From positions 38,514,464-38,578,463 of the forward strand of contig NC_043011.1 of assembly GCF_006345805.1 (NCBI RefSeq): 64,000 bases of DNA. The letters run 5' to 3'. A program made the translations under genes and the position numbers. Positions 25,655-39,734 of the stretch are shown here, piece by piece (the stretch's first letter is position 1; every line of letters begins with the position of its first letter). The notes under the pieces were generated by a model that was given only the letters and a program-made list of their open reading frames with translations, made no database searches and was not told where the DNA came from. The stretch comes from Octopus sinensis (lineage: Eukaryota).

Positions 25655-27847
25655 GTCCACCTATAAAAGAGAGTTAAGTTCTAGACTTACAAAGCTGTTG
25701 ATAATGCACTATCATTTTTTAAACATATTTCAATATATTTTCTCTACACAGGAAATCTGATTGACACATATTTATGAAAAAGTTGATAAAAAGCTGCAGG
25801 CACTGTACAGCGCTGAATGCACCAGCAGATTATTCAGTGTGTATTATTTTATGCAACACCTGCAACTCTTTAAACTACATTTTATAGAACCAAAACCATT
25901 TATATACAGAAAACTTTGAATAGTGGCAGAAATTCTTTAATCTATTGAATGCTATAGTTTGAATTCTTTACCAATTATGTTATCATAGACCAGATTTCTG
26001 CAGCGATTGAATCTAATATATAATGCAAATTACATCTACTGCTGCTAATGTAATGTTATAAAGTTGCATATTTCTCGAGTATGGTCTTTGGATAATAGTT
26101 TCACAGCGCTGTCTTGTGTGTTAGTTGAAATAATGCGCTTCCTATGATGTCAACACAGTCTTGGCAGATATCGTGTTGTCTGCAGCGTTTTAGCTTTGTT
26201 TCAGTCACCAAAAGCCGTGTTTACAATTTGCGATTCTTGTGAAAATATACTACTTCAATAAACCAACAAAGCCAGCGGGGTGGGTATGTCTAGCATGTCT
26301 CTCTTATGAAAGCCCACATTCTAACAACATTGTGTCGTTCCAGACAGGATAATTTTAATGGTCTTCAATAATTTCCAGTCTCCAACGAAAAACACATAGT
26401 GAATATTCTTCTGCATAAACAGAGAAAGTAAATATAATTAATGGATATGTCTACAGTAGGGTATTATCTCGACTGAGTACTGTGATTAGAATTGCCAACA
26501 TGTTCTCATGACAGTCACGGAAATATTTTTTTTTAATCTGACAAAAGCCAGAGAATCTATTGTTTGGGAAATAAATTTGTTGCGCTACACTTTTATTCCT
26601 GAAAGAAATATTTGAAAAAGCCAAAAGGTTTATGAGTAATGATAGTGACTTTATACATTAGAACTTTCTTTAGGTAAATGTACACATGAATGTTTTGATA
26701 ACAAGAATAATGGCAAATGCACTATTTCAGAAAATCGCTGATACAATTTGTCTGCAACAATAGACTTATTCTTCGAGTTTCTTATCAGAAAATTCCCATT
26801 GTATATAGTGTATCTGTTGAATTCTATCATTGATAAAAAAAAAGTGTTTTAAAAACATTGTCTGTCATTATAGATATCATAACAAAGTAATGTTTCCGTA
26901 CATTTTAATGTATATGCCGATAATATCATAATTAAACAATACATGCGTATAAGAAAATGTCGTAGGTGTTATCAAACATTGATTTTAACATAGACAATAT
27001 CTTACTCTAATGCTGAAAGTGTATGCCCCAGAGGATGGACACTTATTTGTCATTACATTGGTGGTCGTTGCATTCAAGGAGGTTTACTTATGTACTACTA
27101 GTGCTTTTGTCCTTCCATACTGCTAACACTAATAATTCTAAACATTGACCGTATCAATACTTCATATGTATTACTCTTTTACTCTTTTACTTGTTTCAGT
27201 CATTTGACTGCGGCCATGCTGGAGCACCGCCTTATTCTATCGGTCTCTTTTGCCGAACCGCTAAGTGTATTGTTTATGAATGATATTGTTTCGGGGAACT
27301 AATTCTTTCATTCTAAGTTTGATCCTATTTCATTCATATTCATATTCTGTTACTTACGAATAATGCCCTTTGGGAGGGAAAGAAATATCACAACTTCTAA
27401 TTTTCCCTCCTTGCTAGTTATAAGGAGGATTTTACTACTTTCTTTTCTGTAAATGCACCAGTTGAAAGATTGAGAGGGTGCTCAAATATAATTTAGCTGA
27501 CATTTCAAGTTCATTAGACTGTTACAGCTCATGTGTAGATCATGAGCTGTATCAATGTTCGTAAGACAAGCTTTGATCAGCAGAGGAGGCATTCTAGGCA
27601 TTCCGGATCTGAGGAGAAACATTTTGAACAGAATGTAAATTTAAAACGGAGACTGGATGTGAACAGTCATAGTGAAAGTGAGATTTTAAAGTGCATACAT
27701 ATATACATGCATGCATACATACACACACGTACACACACAAACATACACACACACACACATATATATATATATACAGGGTTATTCTATTATAGAGACACAC
27801 AGACACATATACACACAAACAGACACAAACAGATAGAGAGAGAGAGT

Positions 27848-27921
<74 letters not shown>

Positions 27922-29044
27922 CAGGTAGATAGACAGATATATAGATAGAGAGAGATATATACAATAAACACTTGATACATCATGCCATTCTGTACAATAC
28001 AGTCCAATGAAGTTATTGGGGGGAATAAGTAGGGAAAAGAAAGAAAACAATAAAAAATACTAACAATGTTACGGTAATAACTACTAACACATTTATCGTA
28101 ATAAAAAATATAAAGATCGCAACAGAACAAACTAAACAACTCATACAGATTGACACACCACGACAGAATCCACAGATCTACAGCTTCTGAGCCACCAATG
28201 TAGAGAAATTTCTTATTTTTTCAGCAGGCTGGCTATTCACCCGGAAAATTGTACCATCAAATAGCGTCAAAAAGAACATGGAAGAGAAATGTGTAGTTGT
28301 GAAGAAAAGCTGCAGGTAACGAGGGAAATTATTTAAGATAGAAAGAAGAAAATAGAAAAATGCGTTAGCATGAAGTGGATTGGTACTGAAAAAGCATTTG
28401 ATTGCAAAAGATATTCATAAATATTGGAGGTATATGAAAGAACAAAAGAGCAGAAATGTTTAGACAAAGCATTTATTTTGTCATCCGAAAACGAAAAGTA
28501 ACAGGGCTGTTTGTGTAAGACGCTTGCTTTGCAAATATATGGTTTCGTTTCATTTTCACTACGCTGCACTGTGGGTAAATGTGTCCTAATACAGCCCCCG
28601 GGTCGGCTAATGCATTCTGGGTTAATCTGAGAAACTAAAATCGTATGGAAGTTAAAGTGCTTTGTGTTATTTCTTCCTGGTCATTGCTTTCTAATTTCAA
28701 ATTCCGATGAGGTCATCTTTACATTTTATTCCTCATTCCGGTGTCGATAAGATTAAGTAGCAATCAAGGAGAGTAACCTCGCTTCTGTCGCCGTCTAAAT
28801 CCTAATACCAAATTTTGGTACTTGTACTTATGACACTAGCTGAGGGATGGAGATGCGAAAAATCATTAAAGTGGCGGGGGAAAGGCTTTACGGTATGTCT
28901 TTCGGTTCTATATTTCTGAGCTAAAATCGTAGCAGTCAGTAATCCTGAGGTCGTTTGCATATTATGTTTTAATCTTTACCGCTTCTCTTCAACATTTTAT
29001 TAGCTTCAGTCAATGGAGTATGTTTCGGTGTGTGTATATATCTT

Positions 29045-29515
29045 TTACTTACTTTTTTCTGTCATTTGACTGCGGCCATGCTTGAGCACCACCTTTAGTC
29101 GAGCAAATTGACCCCAGGACTTAGTCTTTGGAAGCCTAGTACTTATTCTCTCGGTCTCTTTTGCATAACCGCTACGTTACGGGGACGTAAACACACCAAC
29201 ATCAGTTGTCAAGCGATGTTGGGGGGACACAAACAGGCATACAAACACACACACATACAAGACAGGCTTCTTTCAGTTTCCGTGTACGAAATCCACTCAC
29301 AAATCTTTGTTCAGCCCAAGGCTATAGCAGACACACAGACATATACACACACATACATATATACATTCAGTTTACGTCTACCAAATCCACTCACAAGGCG
29401 TTGGTCGTCTCGGGGCTATAGTAGAAGCTACTCGTCCAAGGTGCCACGCAGTGGGGACGAACCCAGAACTATGTGGCTGGTAAGCAAGCAACTTACCACA
29501 CAGCCACTCCTACGC
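29045..29515 (-). mobile_element. SINE family C with short internal duplication
   Basis: Full family C match; the TTCAGTTT..CGT..AAATCCACTCACAA segment appears twice. Confidence 0.85.
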
Positions 29516-30306
29516 CTATATAATATATATGTATGTGCCTCTCTGTGTTTATCTTTGTCTCTCCATGATAACTGGAGACCAGTGTTGAAACATTAGCTAG
29601 CGGATTTGCAACAGAAACCGACAGATTAGGCAAGACACTTAAGCAAAAAAAAATAGAATGAGTACTTGTATCAATTTGTTCGATAAAATCTGGCAAGGCG
29701 TTGAACTAACATGGTTACAGTCCATTGATGTGGAACTAGTAAATCATTGAAGCGAAGCGAGAAAGATTAAAATATAAGCTGCAAACGACTTCATGGTTAC
29801 TGACTGCCCAGATTTAAACTCAGAGATACACAACTCTAAACATTTCCTTAGACATTTTAGTGATTCTTCCCACCTGCATCCCTTAGCTGGTACTATAGGC
29901 ACAAGTGCCAAAATTTGGAATTAGGGTTTAGTCGGCGAGAGAAACGAGACTCTTTTCCTTAAATGCTACTTCATCTTATCGACACGGGAATGATGAAAAG
30001 TAAAGATGACTTCACTTCGCCGGAATTCGAAACTAGAAAGCAATGAGCAGGAAGAAATACCACAAAGCACTTTCACTATTCAGCCAATCTACCGAATTAT
30101 TTTAATTTTATTATATTTATTTTGGGGTCAACAACAGCGATTTTTAGGGGAGAGGAGTTGTCGGTCACATTTATCACTTTTCAGGGACTGTACTTTATTT
30201 TATCGCTCCCGGACGAATGAAAGGCGTAAATGAACTTAGAACTTAAAAATTCGGAACAAATACAGAAAAGCATTTTCCCGATGCTCTAGTGATTACACTA
30301 GCTAAC

Positions 30307-30348
<42 letters not shown>

Positions 30349-30351
<3 letters not shown>

Positions 30352-30922
30352 CATACTATCTCTGGGACCTACATACACTGGAAGCTATGCCAACACTATG
30401 GAATAACAACAGAAAAAAGATGGGATAAGCACACACCAGAAAAGGTCACAGAAAACAAGAAAGCAACCATATATTGGGATATTCCAATAGAGAAATTAAG
30501 GCCATTAGGCCAGACATAGTTGTCAGAGATCATGAAGAGAAAAATTCTTTCTAATTCATGTATCAATACCAGCAGATGACAACGTTTCTCTAAAAGAATT
30601 GGCGAAAAATGTTCAAGACACAAAGACCTGGAAATAGAGGTAAATCCAATGTGGAATCTAAAAACAGGAAGAATCCCTATCATAGTGGGCGCATTAGGTA
30701 TGACAAAAAAATATTCAGACAACTGCATGACAAAAACACCAGGACTTACGAATATATATAACATACAGAAAATTGTACTACTGGGCACTGCACACATCCT
30801 ACGCAAAACATTTTTCAATACAGTACCATAAGAGCAGCACAGCAAACCACAGCACATACCCAAGGCACACAGAGCTGCACTTGGTGGCACAGTGAAAGCG
30901 CATTATAAAAATAAAACTACTG
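30349..30922 (+). mobile_element. 5'-truncated R4/Dong-clade non-LTR retrotransposon (RLE domain, frameshifted)
   Basis: Peptides YIHWKLCQHYGI..KRWDKHTPEKVTEN..ATIYWD / RPDIVV / KDLEIEV..MWNLKT..IPIIVGALG...QKIVLLGTAHILRK; flanked on both sides by (TAA)n. Confidence 0.85.
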
Positions 30923-30925
30923 ATT

Positions 30926-30996
<71 letters not shown>

Positions 30997-31021
30997 TGAT
31001 GATGATAATGATAATAATAAT

Positions 31022-31387
31022 AAGGGCGCCCAGAGAACGCAAGCTTCAGCCAAGGCAACACCAACGTCTTCTCAATGATTAGCCGGTGATGGTTTTTAAA
31101 TTGAGAACATCTGAAATACAATCGACTGCTCTCACAAACGAGAATACTAAAAATGAATCCAACCGCTCTCAGAAATTAAGTAAAAAAAAAGGAAAAATAA
31201 TCCAGAATCCTTGTCTAGTACTGGATCGATTCCAAAATCAAATCAATTTGTGCCAGTCACAAGGCCAAACAGCCCTGAATGTTTCATCCGAATCCATCCA
31301 GTGGTTCTTGAGATATCTTGTCCACGAACAAGCATACAAACAAAGCGGCTGAAAACTAACATCCGCCTACACTAAGGCAGAGGTGAT
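31022..31387 (+). mobile_element. Non-autonomous Helentron/HINE-like element, degenerate copy
   Basis: Homologous along its length to 38208-38563. Confidence 0.5.
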
Positions 31388-31943
31388 AAGAACTTGTTGG
31401 AACTTTAGCGAGCTGCTAATAGAGGTATCGCCAGCTAATATGTTATGTCAATGAGATAAGTACCAGTGATTAACTGGTGCTTATCTTATCCAGCAGAAAG
31501 AATGAAAGTAAGGTCGACGTTAGCGTAATTTGAAACCAAAACGTACCAGAAGAAATGTCACTGAGCATTTTGTCAGACGAACGTTTTCTCCTTCATCGTC
31601 ATCGCCATCCTCCTCCTCCTCATCATCATCATCATCATCATTATCATCATTATCATCATCATTGTCGTCATCATCATCATCATCATCATCATCAACATCA
31701 ATCGTAGTAGTAGTAATAGTAGTAGTCATAGGGCGGTGAACTGACAGAATCGTTAGTAAGTCAGACAAAATTCTCAGCGCCATTTCTTCTTATCGTTATG
31801 TTTTGAATTCAAATTCAGCCAAGGTCGACTTAGACTTTTATCCTTTCGAGGCCAATAATTTAAGTACCTGTGGAGTACTCTGGTCCATATAAATTAGTTT
31901 GTCTACACACAATGTCTGCCTATTGTTACGAGAATTCTTCTTC

Positions 31944-31978
<35 letters not shown>

Positions 31979-32482
31979 GTTGTTGTTGTTGTTATTATAT
32001 AGAAAAAGTATTTTTGTAGTGGCCAGTTATTTCTTCACTCTCTTGCGATCTAAAAATGATGTCGAAGTTACTGCTTTACTGCACAACACAGGAAAAGCAA
32101 TTTATTTTGGGGTTTTGAAAATAGAATTCTGAGTCAATAAAGAGAAAAAGTTATTAATTTGGTTCTCCAGTTCGATATAAAGAGAAACATCTTAATAGCA
32201 TGTGCAAGAGCTTTCCAGATTTTCATACCATGGTTCGCCATGTTTATTTTCCCATAGCCGCTTCTCGCTGGTATTAGAAGAGGAAAATTGAAAGCAATTT
32301 CTCGGAGTTAATTGGCAGGGATTTTTCAAATAGCTGCGATTTCTTCGCATTTCGTTCTGTTTTTACGTTTACTTATTTATTTGTTTGTTGTATTTGGAAT
32401 TTATAAGAGGAGGGAAGTTTCTTTATATTAAGATGAAACTATCGATCATAAGAAGATAATGCGAAAATTGTATATATGTACT

Positions 32483-32619
<137 letters not shown>

Positions 32620-32656
32620 TATTTGCATGTGTGCTAATCTCTGTATATATATATTA

Positions 32657-32709
<53 letters not shown>

Positions 32710-33054
32710 TATGGGGTGGGTGTATATCTGTATGTCTGTATGTATATGTCTGCCTGTGTATTTATTTTGCTATGTGCACTCTCAAACACACACACATATA
32801 TGCGTGTGTGAGTGTGTGTCTGTCTTTGTGGTAAATAGGTATGCATGTATGTATGTGTAACATGGCTCAAAAAGAATAGTAAGAAACTAGTAACTACCTG
32901 TACTACAGTATAACTATCAAATTTATTGATATAACTACGTAGAATGTATCAGTCGAATAAAGTAATAAATCTGTTAGATATATACCCGCATACATATATG
33001 TGTGTTTGTATGGTACTTTCCATACATACACCTTTACGTATGTACTTATAAAGC

Positions 33055-33290
33055 AATGTATATATAAAATCCGTTCTGTCTGTCTGTATGTGTGTCTTCC
33101 ATCCGATTGCGCTCAAATTTGATATGTATATAACGACAGTATCAGGGCGTGTATAAGTCTTGAAAAAATTACAAAATTCGATTCCAGGTGAGAATGCTTT
33201 TGTACTGCTTTCTTCCGTTAACCTGTACATAACTGCACCTTCCATTTTTTGTTGTTTTTGTACTCCTTAAAGGCATGTTTCTTTCCTGCC
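33055..33290 (+). mobile_element. Helitron-like non-autonomous element 5' part
   Basis: TATATATAAAATCCG..(TGTC)n..CCGATTGCGCTCAAATTTGATATG; classification from recalled general architecture. Confidence 0.45.
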
Positions 33291-34569
33291 AAGCCTACTG
33301 TTTAAACCATGTTTGTGTTCTCCCAGTCAACAGCCTTATCATTACTGGTACGTTAAACCCTTCGGTTGCGTACTTGTGTGTATAAAATCGTTTTTCTTTG
33401 GAATAGAAAAAAATTCTATCTTTATTTCTTCTTGCGCTGGTGTCTCAAATTTAGGCTAAATCAGTGTTTCTCAAAGAGGAGGCCTATGAGGCGGTCGGAC
33501 AATTTGTTTTGAGAAAATTTGGTTTAAATGTTTGACAACTCAGCACCGTCCATTTGACGGGGTGCGTTTTGCTTATATATATATATATATATATATATAC
33601 GCACAGACACACATATACATATATATGGTTCAAATGTACAGAAAACAAAAGACAGAAACAGGTGAAGGAAAAAGGTGTATTAGCTTGACGCTGGGGATAT
33701 ATGGGAAAGTCTTTGTCGTTTCGAGCCTACGCTCTTCGACAGGAAAGGATGAGAGTAAAACGATGTATAGTGAAAGAGACAGAGAAAGGAGAAAGAAAAA
33801 TATTTCGGGATTAACGGTTCAATAGATATGTTAATACATCATTAGAAATTATTTTATTTTCGTTAAGTACCGAGACAAACTTTGAAATATGTAAGTACAG
33901 CACCTTCCATGGATCAGTAAATGTGTTAGTTTTTTATTGTCGAAAGTTTGTACTATTAGTAACGCTATGTTGATCCATCCAACGAGCAAACTATCGCAAT
34001 AAACATTTACTATATAATTGTATTGCATTCTCCGTTTCGTCTATGTAAATTCCGTTACAGTGTACCGTATATATGCATATATGTATTCATGTGCATACGT
34101 GTGTGCTTGTGAACTTGTATGCTTGCATATGTAAAACCGTGTGTGCCAATGACTATTTGTAGTCCATGGTTATTTTGCTATTTATACGCATATATGACTG
34201 ATATCCTCGGAGGAAATTGTGACGAAAATAGATGAGGTGTGGGTCTACCGACTCTTTGCATCTCAGGGGTTCGTCAATATTCCATTTCCTGTAATTTGAG
34301 AACGGATTTTATTATTTTCCTCCAATTCTCATTGTTGCTTTATCCTTTTCTTTAAAAGATAGCACAGAATGGTTTGTTAAAGAAAAGGTTCGTTTCAAAT
34401 AGGTCGAACGACTGTATAGAAATGCCATATAAAGGTTTGCTGGTGGAATACATGTACCGATGTGTTTTTGGAAAATATGCTCTCGATAAACAAGAGCTCT
34501 AGCCGACCCAGGATAGACAAATATCACATTTATCCATAAAATGATGATTATAATGATAATGAAAAATAT

Positions 34570-35290
34570 TGTTTTCTAATTAGGGCACGAGGCCAACATC
34601 TTCGGGGGAGGGAGCAAATCGATTTTATTAACCCCAGTGTCCAACTGGTTCTTATTTTTTCGACCCCGAAAGAATGAAAGGCAAAGTTAACTTTGGCGGA
34701 GTTTGAACTCAGAATGTAAAGAAGGATGAAATGCCATTAAGCATTTTGCGTGACGTGCTAATGATTCTGCCAGCTCGCTACTTTGAGAATAATAAGAATA
34801 TTGGTTTCGAATTTTGAAACAAGGCCAGCACTTTTGGTAAGTAAAAAAGCTAAAGTTACCTTTTCGAGTCATGACAACTCATAAGGGCTAGTTTACCGTT
34901 TCCATGTCGTATAAATTTCTTACCTGTACGGAACGCCGTTCTGTCGCAAGATTACTCATTTTTGCCAGCTGTGTGGACTGGAGCAATGTGAAATAAAGGG
35001 TTTTGCTCAAAAACACAACGCATCACCCGGTCCAGGAATCGAAACCACAATCTTACGAACATGAGTCCAAAAACTTAACCTCTAAGCCACGTGCTACCAC
35101 AGCACTTACGGGGAGAGGGGTCGTCGATTACATCAAGCCCAGTGCTCATCCGGCGCTTCTTTTATCGATACTGAAATGATGAAAAGCAAAGTCGACCTTG
35201 GGGGCATTTGAACTCAGAACATAAAGACGGACGAAATGCCACTAAGCATTTTATCCGGTGTGCTAATAATACTGCTCGCTCTCCACCTTA
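34570..35290 (-). mobile_element. Cluster: SINE A / SINE B (H1+T2, 34880-35098) / SINE A
   Basis: Family A cores at ~34660 and ~35190 with a family B copy between them. Confidence 0.8.
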
Positions 35291-35769
35291 AGATTTATAT
35301 AATATATACATTATGTATTTAATGAAAATATCAGGAGGCTGTTGTAGTTGTGGCCATTATTGTTGTCCTCATTGAATTTGAATGCTTATTTTCCAGGACG
35401 GTGCTGGATTAATAGAATATATATCGCGTCGAAAGAAATGCAGTGTACCGTTTGTTTTGACTCGTTACTTTCTGAGTTCGAATCTCGTCGTGGTTAATTT
35501 TGTCTTTTATTTTTCGACGAGCAATGAAAAAAAAAATTATCAATGAAGTACTGACTTTTATTTAATTGTCTAAACCCAATTTCCTCTCCAGTTTATAACC
35601 CAAGCAGTACTTCGTCTGCCGCTTTGTTCTGAGTTCAATTTCCGCCGAGATCGATTTTGCCTTTCATCCTTTCGGGGTCGATGAAATAAATACCAGTTAC
35701 GCACGGTGGGGTAATGTACTCGACTATCCCCTCCTACAAATTTTCAGGCCTTGTGCCTACAGAAGAATG

Positions 35770-36066
<297 letters not shown>

Positions 36067-37161
36067 AGAAGGTAGGAAGCTAGCAGAGTTATTAGCACAC
36101 CGGGCAAAATGTTCGGTGCTATGTCGTCCGTCCTCACACGTGAGTTCAAATTTCACCTGGGTCGACTTTGCCTTTCATTCTTTCGGGGATTCAGGATCGA
36201 TAAAAATAAATACAAGTTGAGCACTGGACTCGATGTAATCCATTTACCCCCTGCTCCGAAATTACTGGCCTTGTGCCAAATTTTGAAACCAGTGTGTAAC
36301 GGCGAATAAACAATGACTACAGATGCGAAAATCACTGCATTTTTTTTTTTTTAATTTTAGATTGTTATTCAGTGCAGACGCAACATAACAAATAGATCTT
36401 TATATTAAAAATGTTATTTATACCATGATCTATAATCTGAAACAAAGTTATGGATAATTTATAAATAGTAAAATTTTATACATTCATAGAACTAACTATT
36501 GTATATGTATATGTAAACGCGTGTGTGTGTGAGAAATAGATTTGAGTTAAATAATTCAGTGTTTGTTGAGGAGCGAAAAACATCCTCTCGTGAATGATAG
36601 GATAGGAAAGCTGCCAATTAAATGTGTTTACTTTGAAATGAAGCTGACATCATATTATCATAAAATGGTTGTAAGATACTTAAACTATAAGCAAAAGGGA
36701 AAAAAAAACAGCATAGTTTTCTATCGACTTAAATAGCAAGATATATACACTGAAATTCTATAATCAACAACCGACTCCTGCATATTCATACACACATTCG
36801 ATACACATTTATTAAAGAATGAAAGAAATATGGCGCTTGGGGAGAGGTTTTTTTCCCGCTTCCTTAAAAACAACTCTCAATAAATTGTACTATACTTGGA
36901 ATGATAAACAATAATGTAATTTTACTATTTCATCATTATACACGCACATACTAAAAATAAATACAGCCCAACATCAAAGTATGTTTAATTTCTGGTTGAG
37001 TGATAGAAGCATTGAGGGATACCACTGATTTGTTAAAATGTACCATTCACTAATAGGTGACTAATTCCATTGATCTCAGAACAGGAGAAATATTAATGCT
37101 GAACTAGAGTTTTTTCTGGTATTGTGTGAAGAACTTCATTGATATGATAATTATTTCTTCA

Positions 37162-37805
37162 GGGCGAAATGCTTAGCGGTATTTCGTCTGTTTTTATGAT
37201 CTGAGTTCGACTTTGCCTTTCAGTCTTTCGGGGTCGATAGATTAAGTATCAGTTGCATACTGGGATCTATATAATCGACTGGCCTCCTCACCCCAAATTT
37301 CGAACCGTGTACCTAGAATAGAAAATAATGCTTAGCGGAATTTCGTCTGTCTTAACGTTCTGAGATCAAATTCGACCGAGATCGACTTTGCTTTTCAGCC
37401 TTTCGGGGTCGATAGATTAAGTATCAGTTGCGTACTGGGGTCGATCTAATCGACTGGCCCCCTACCCCAAAATTTCGAGCCTTGTGCCTAGACTACAAAA
37501 TAAAGCTCAGCGGTATTTCATCAGCCTTTACGTTCTGAGACCTTTCAGCCTTTCGGGGTCGATAAATTAAGTACCAGTTGCGTACCTGACCGATCTAATC
37601 GACATGGCTCTTCCCCAAAATTTCGGGCCTTGTACCTAGACTAGAAATAAATGCTTAGCGGTATTTCGTCAGCCTTTACTTTCTGAGATTATATTCCGCC
37701 GAGGTCGACTTTGTCTTTCAGCCTTTCGGGGTCGCGTACTGGGGTTGATCTAATTGAGTGAGCCCTCACCAAAAATATAGGATCATGTGCCTAGAGTAGA
37801 AAAGA
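37162..37805 (+). mobile_element. Head-to-tail tetramer of headless SINE A units (~150-170 bp)
   Basis: Units restart at AATGCTTAGCGG-like sequence at ~37167, 37327, 37500 and 37650. Confidence 0.85.
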
Positions 37806-38207
37806 ATAATTATTTATTCTAGAGGTGGGGAAACACATAAGTAAGGCAGCGCAAGTATGCTAGTCACTTAGATCGAATCCAGTCGTTGCTTAGTATTTTA
37901 TTACTTATATTGATATATCATATTTACGTGGCGAGCTGGGCAAGACCGTTAGTGTGTTGAACAAAATGCTTAGAGAAATTTCTCTTTGCGATCTCGGTTC
38001 AAATTTCCCGAGAACGACTTTGCCTTTCTGGAGCAATAAAATAAGTGTTAGTTGCGCACTGGATATCGGTGTAATAGACTTAGCCGCTTCTATAAAACTG
38101 CCATCGTTCTGTCAAAATTTGGAATCCTTATTTACATGTCTTGCTAAAAGCTGGCAGAAGTAAGTCAAAATTGAACCGAGTAGATTATCAACATCAGAAT
38201 AAGAATA

Positions 38208-38563
38208 ACAAGAGCACTCAGAGAGCGCAAACCTCCGCTAAGGCTGCAACAACGATTAGCCGGAGATGATTTTTAAAATGCGAATATCTGAAATAAACTC
38301 AACTGCTCTCACAAGCGAGAATACTTAAAATGAACCCGATCGTTCTCAAATATTAAGTTTAAAAAACCGGAAAAAATAATCCAGAATCCTTGTCGAGCAC
38401 CCGATGGATCCACAAATATAATCAGTCTGTGCCAGTCACGAGACCAAACATCCCTGAAAGTTTCATCCGAATCTATCCAGTGATTCTTGAGATATCTTTC
38501 CTCGGACAAACACACAAACGCGACTGAAAAACAATACCTCCGCCATTGCTAAGGTGGAGGTAA
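38208..38563 (+). mobile_element. Non-autonomous Helentron/HINE-like element
   Basis: 5' subterminal ACCTCCGC is inverted relative to 3' GTGGAGGT, which forms a terminal hairpin ACCTCCGCC-ATTGCTAA-GGTGGAGGT; no TSD seen; second copy at 31.0 kb. Confidence 0.55.
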
Positions 38564-39555
38564 TAATGATTTCAAATCTTGTAACATGGCCAGCAGTTTC
38601 GGGGGAGGGGTTAATTCGATTACATTGACTTTAGTGTTCAACTCTACGTACTTTATCTACCTCGAAAAGATGATCTGCAAAGTCGACGCCGGCAGCAATT
38701 TAACTAAGAACGAAATGCCGCAACCCTAATGATTCTGACAGCTCGCCACCTCATCGATCTCAGCGTCCGCTGTTACTTATTTCATCAGTTCCGAAAGATG
38801 AAAGTCAAAATTCGAAAGAAATACCGCCAAATATTTTTTCCTGTGGATAGTTGAAGTGATGAAAAGAAATAGAGAGAGAAAAAGTGTTAGCGGTGAGAGC
38901 AAGACTGAATGGGTAGCTATTATGTTATGCGGTTAAATAAGTATTTGAAGGAAAATGTATAGAAAAAGAGATAGATAAATTGCACCTCCTTAGCACAGTG
39001 TAGGTGGTACAGATGAAAGGAGAGGCCAAGTGAAAACAAAAGAGGGTAAAGAGAGAGCGTGAGTGGACGTTTACTGAGACTACATGGCACCTTCAATATT
39101 ACCTATGTAGAATTTTATATCATTTCAGATATCAAATGCTTAAGAAAAATATACAATTCCACGTCGTAATTTTCAAAATAAACGTGGAATTTCCACGGGT
39201 ACTGCCAGTAATATTATTGATTGGGACAATAATATTACTATCAAAGACAACTATAATAATAGTAATGTTATATCCTATAAGTTATATCTTGCAGTCAGTG
39301 TATTCCTTTACAACAAATGTGTCCTCGGCTAATACAAAAATTTGGCAAAATTCCAAGGTAGCCATAAATACGAAACTTATAACAGCAGCTCACTAAAGTT
39401 CTTATAAACGTTTGACCGATATCCATGAAGTGTAGAATATAGTTAATACGCCCTCTTTTAAACAACAATATAACTTACGCATATGTGAGCTTAGACTGGG
39501 CGACGTTAACAAATACTTTTCTTGCTTTGAACGGGCCATATTCCTTTGAAATGTA

Positions 39556-39734
39556 CCAGGGGGTGCTGGAAAGTTTCTGGCTTTGAGGAAAAGAAAATAC
39601 AGGAGGATAAGTTAATAATGATTTTAATCAACATATTCCCCTTCTAGTTTTACACACTTACTATAAAAGAACTCAGGTTTTCCCCTCCAACCAAGCTTTT
39701 CGTGACACCCTTAAAACCAGACAGCAGCCGCTCG
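39556..39734 (+). mobile_element. Mariner-type MITE, degenerate (family of 58330-58545)
   Basis: TA..GGGGTGCTGGAAAGTTTCTGGCTTT...AAAAGAAAATACAG...CTCG-TA. Confidence 0.65.

Noticed and set aside
37162-37805. Repeat arrays here and at 61.6 kb as CRISPR-like
   Set aside because: Units are ~150-185-bp SINE bodies with no unique spacers, in eukaryotic DNA without cas genes.
38309-38515. 68-aa minus-strand ORF
   Set aside because: It lies inside the non-autonomous Helentron-like repeat; the second copy at 31 kb shows no matching ORF.
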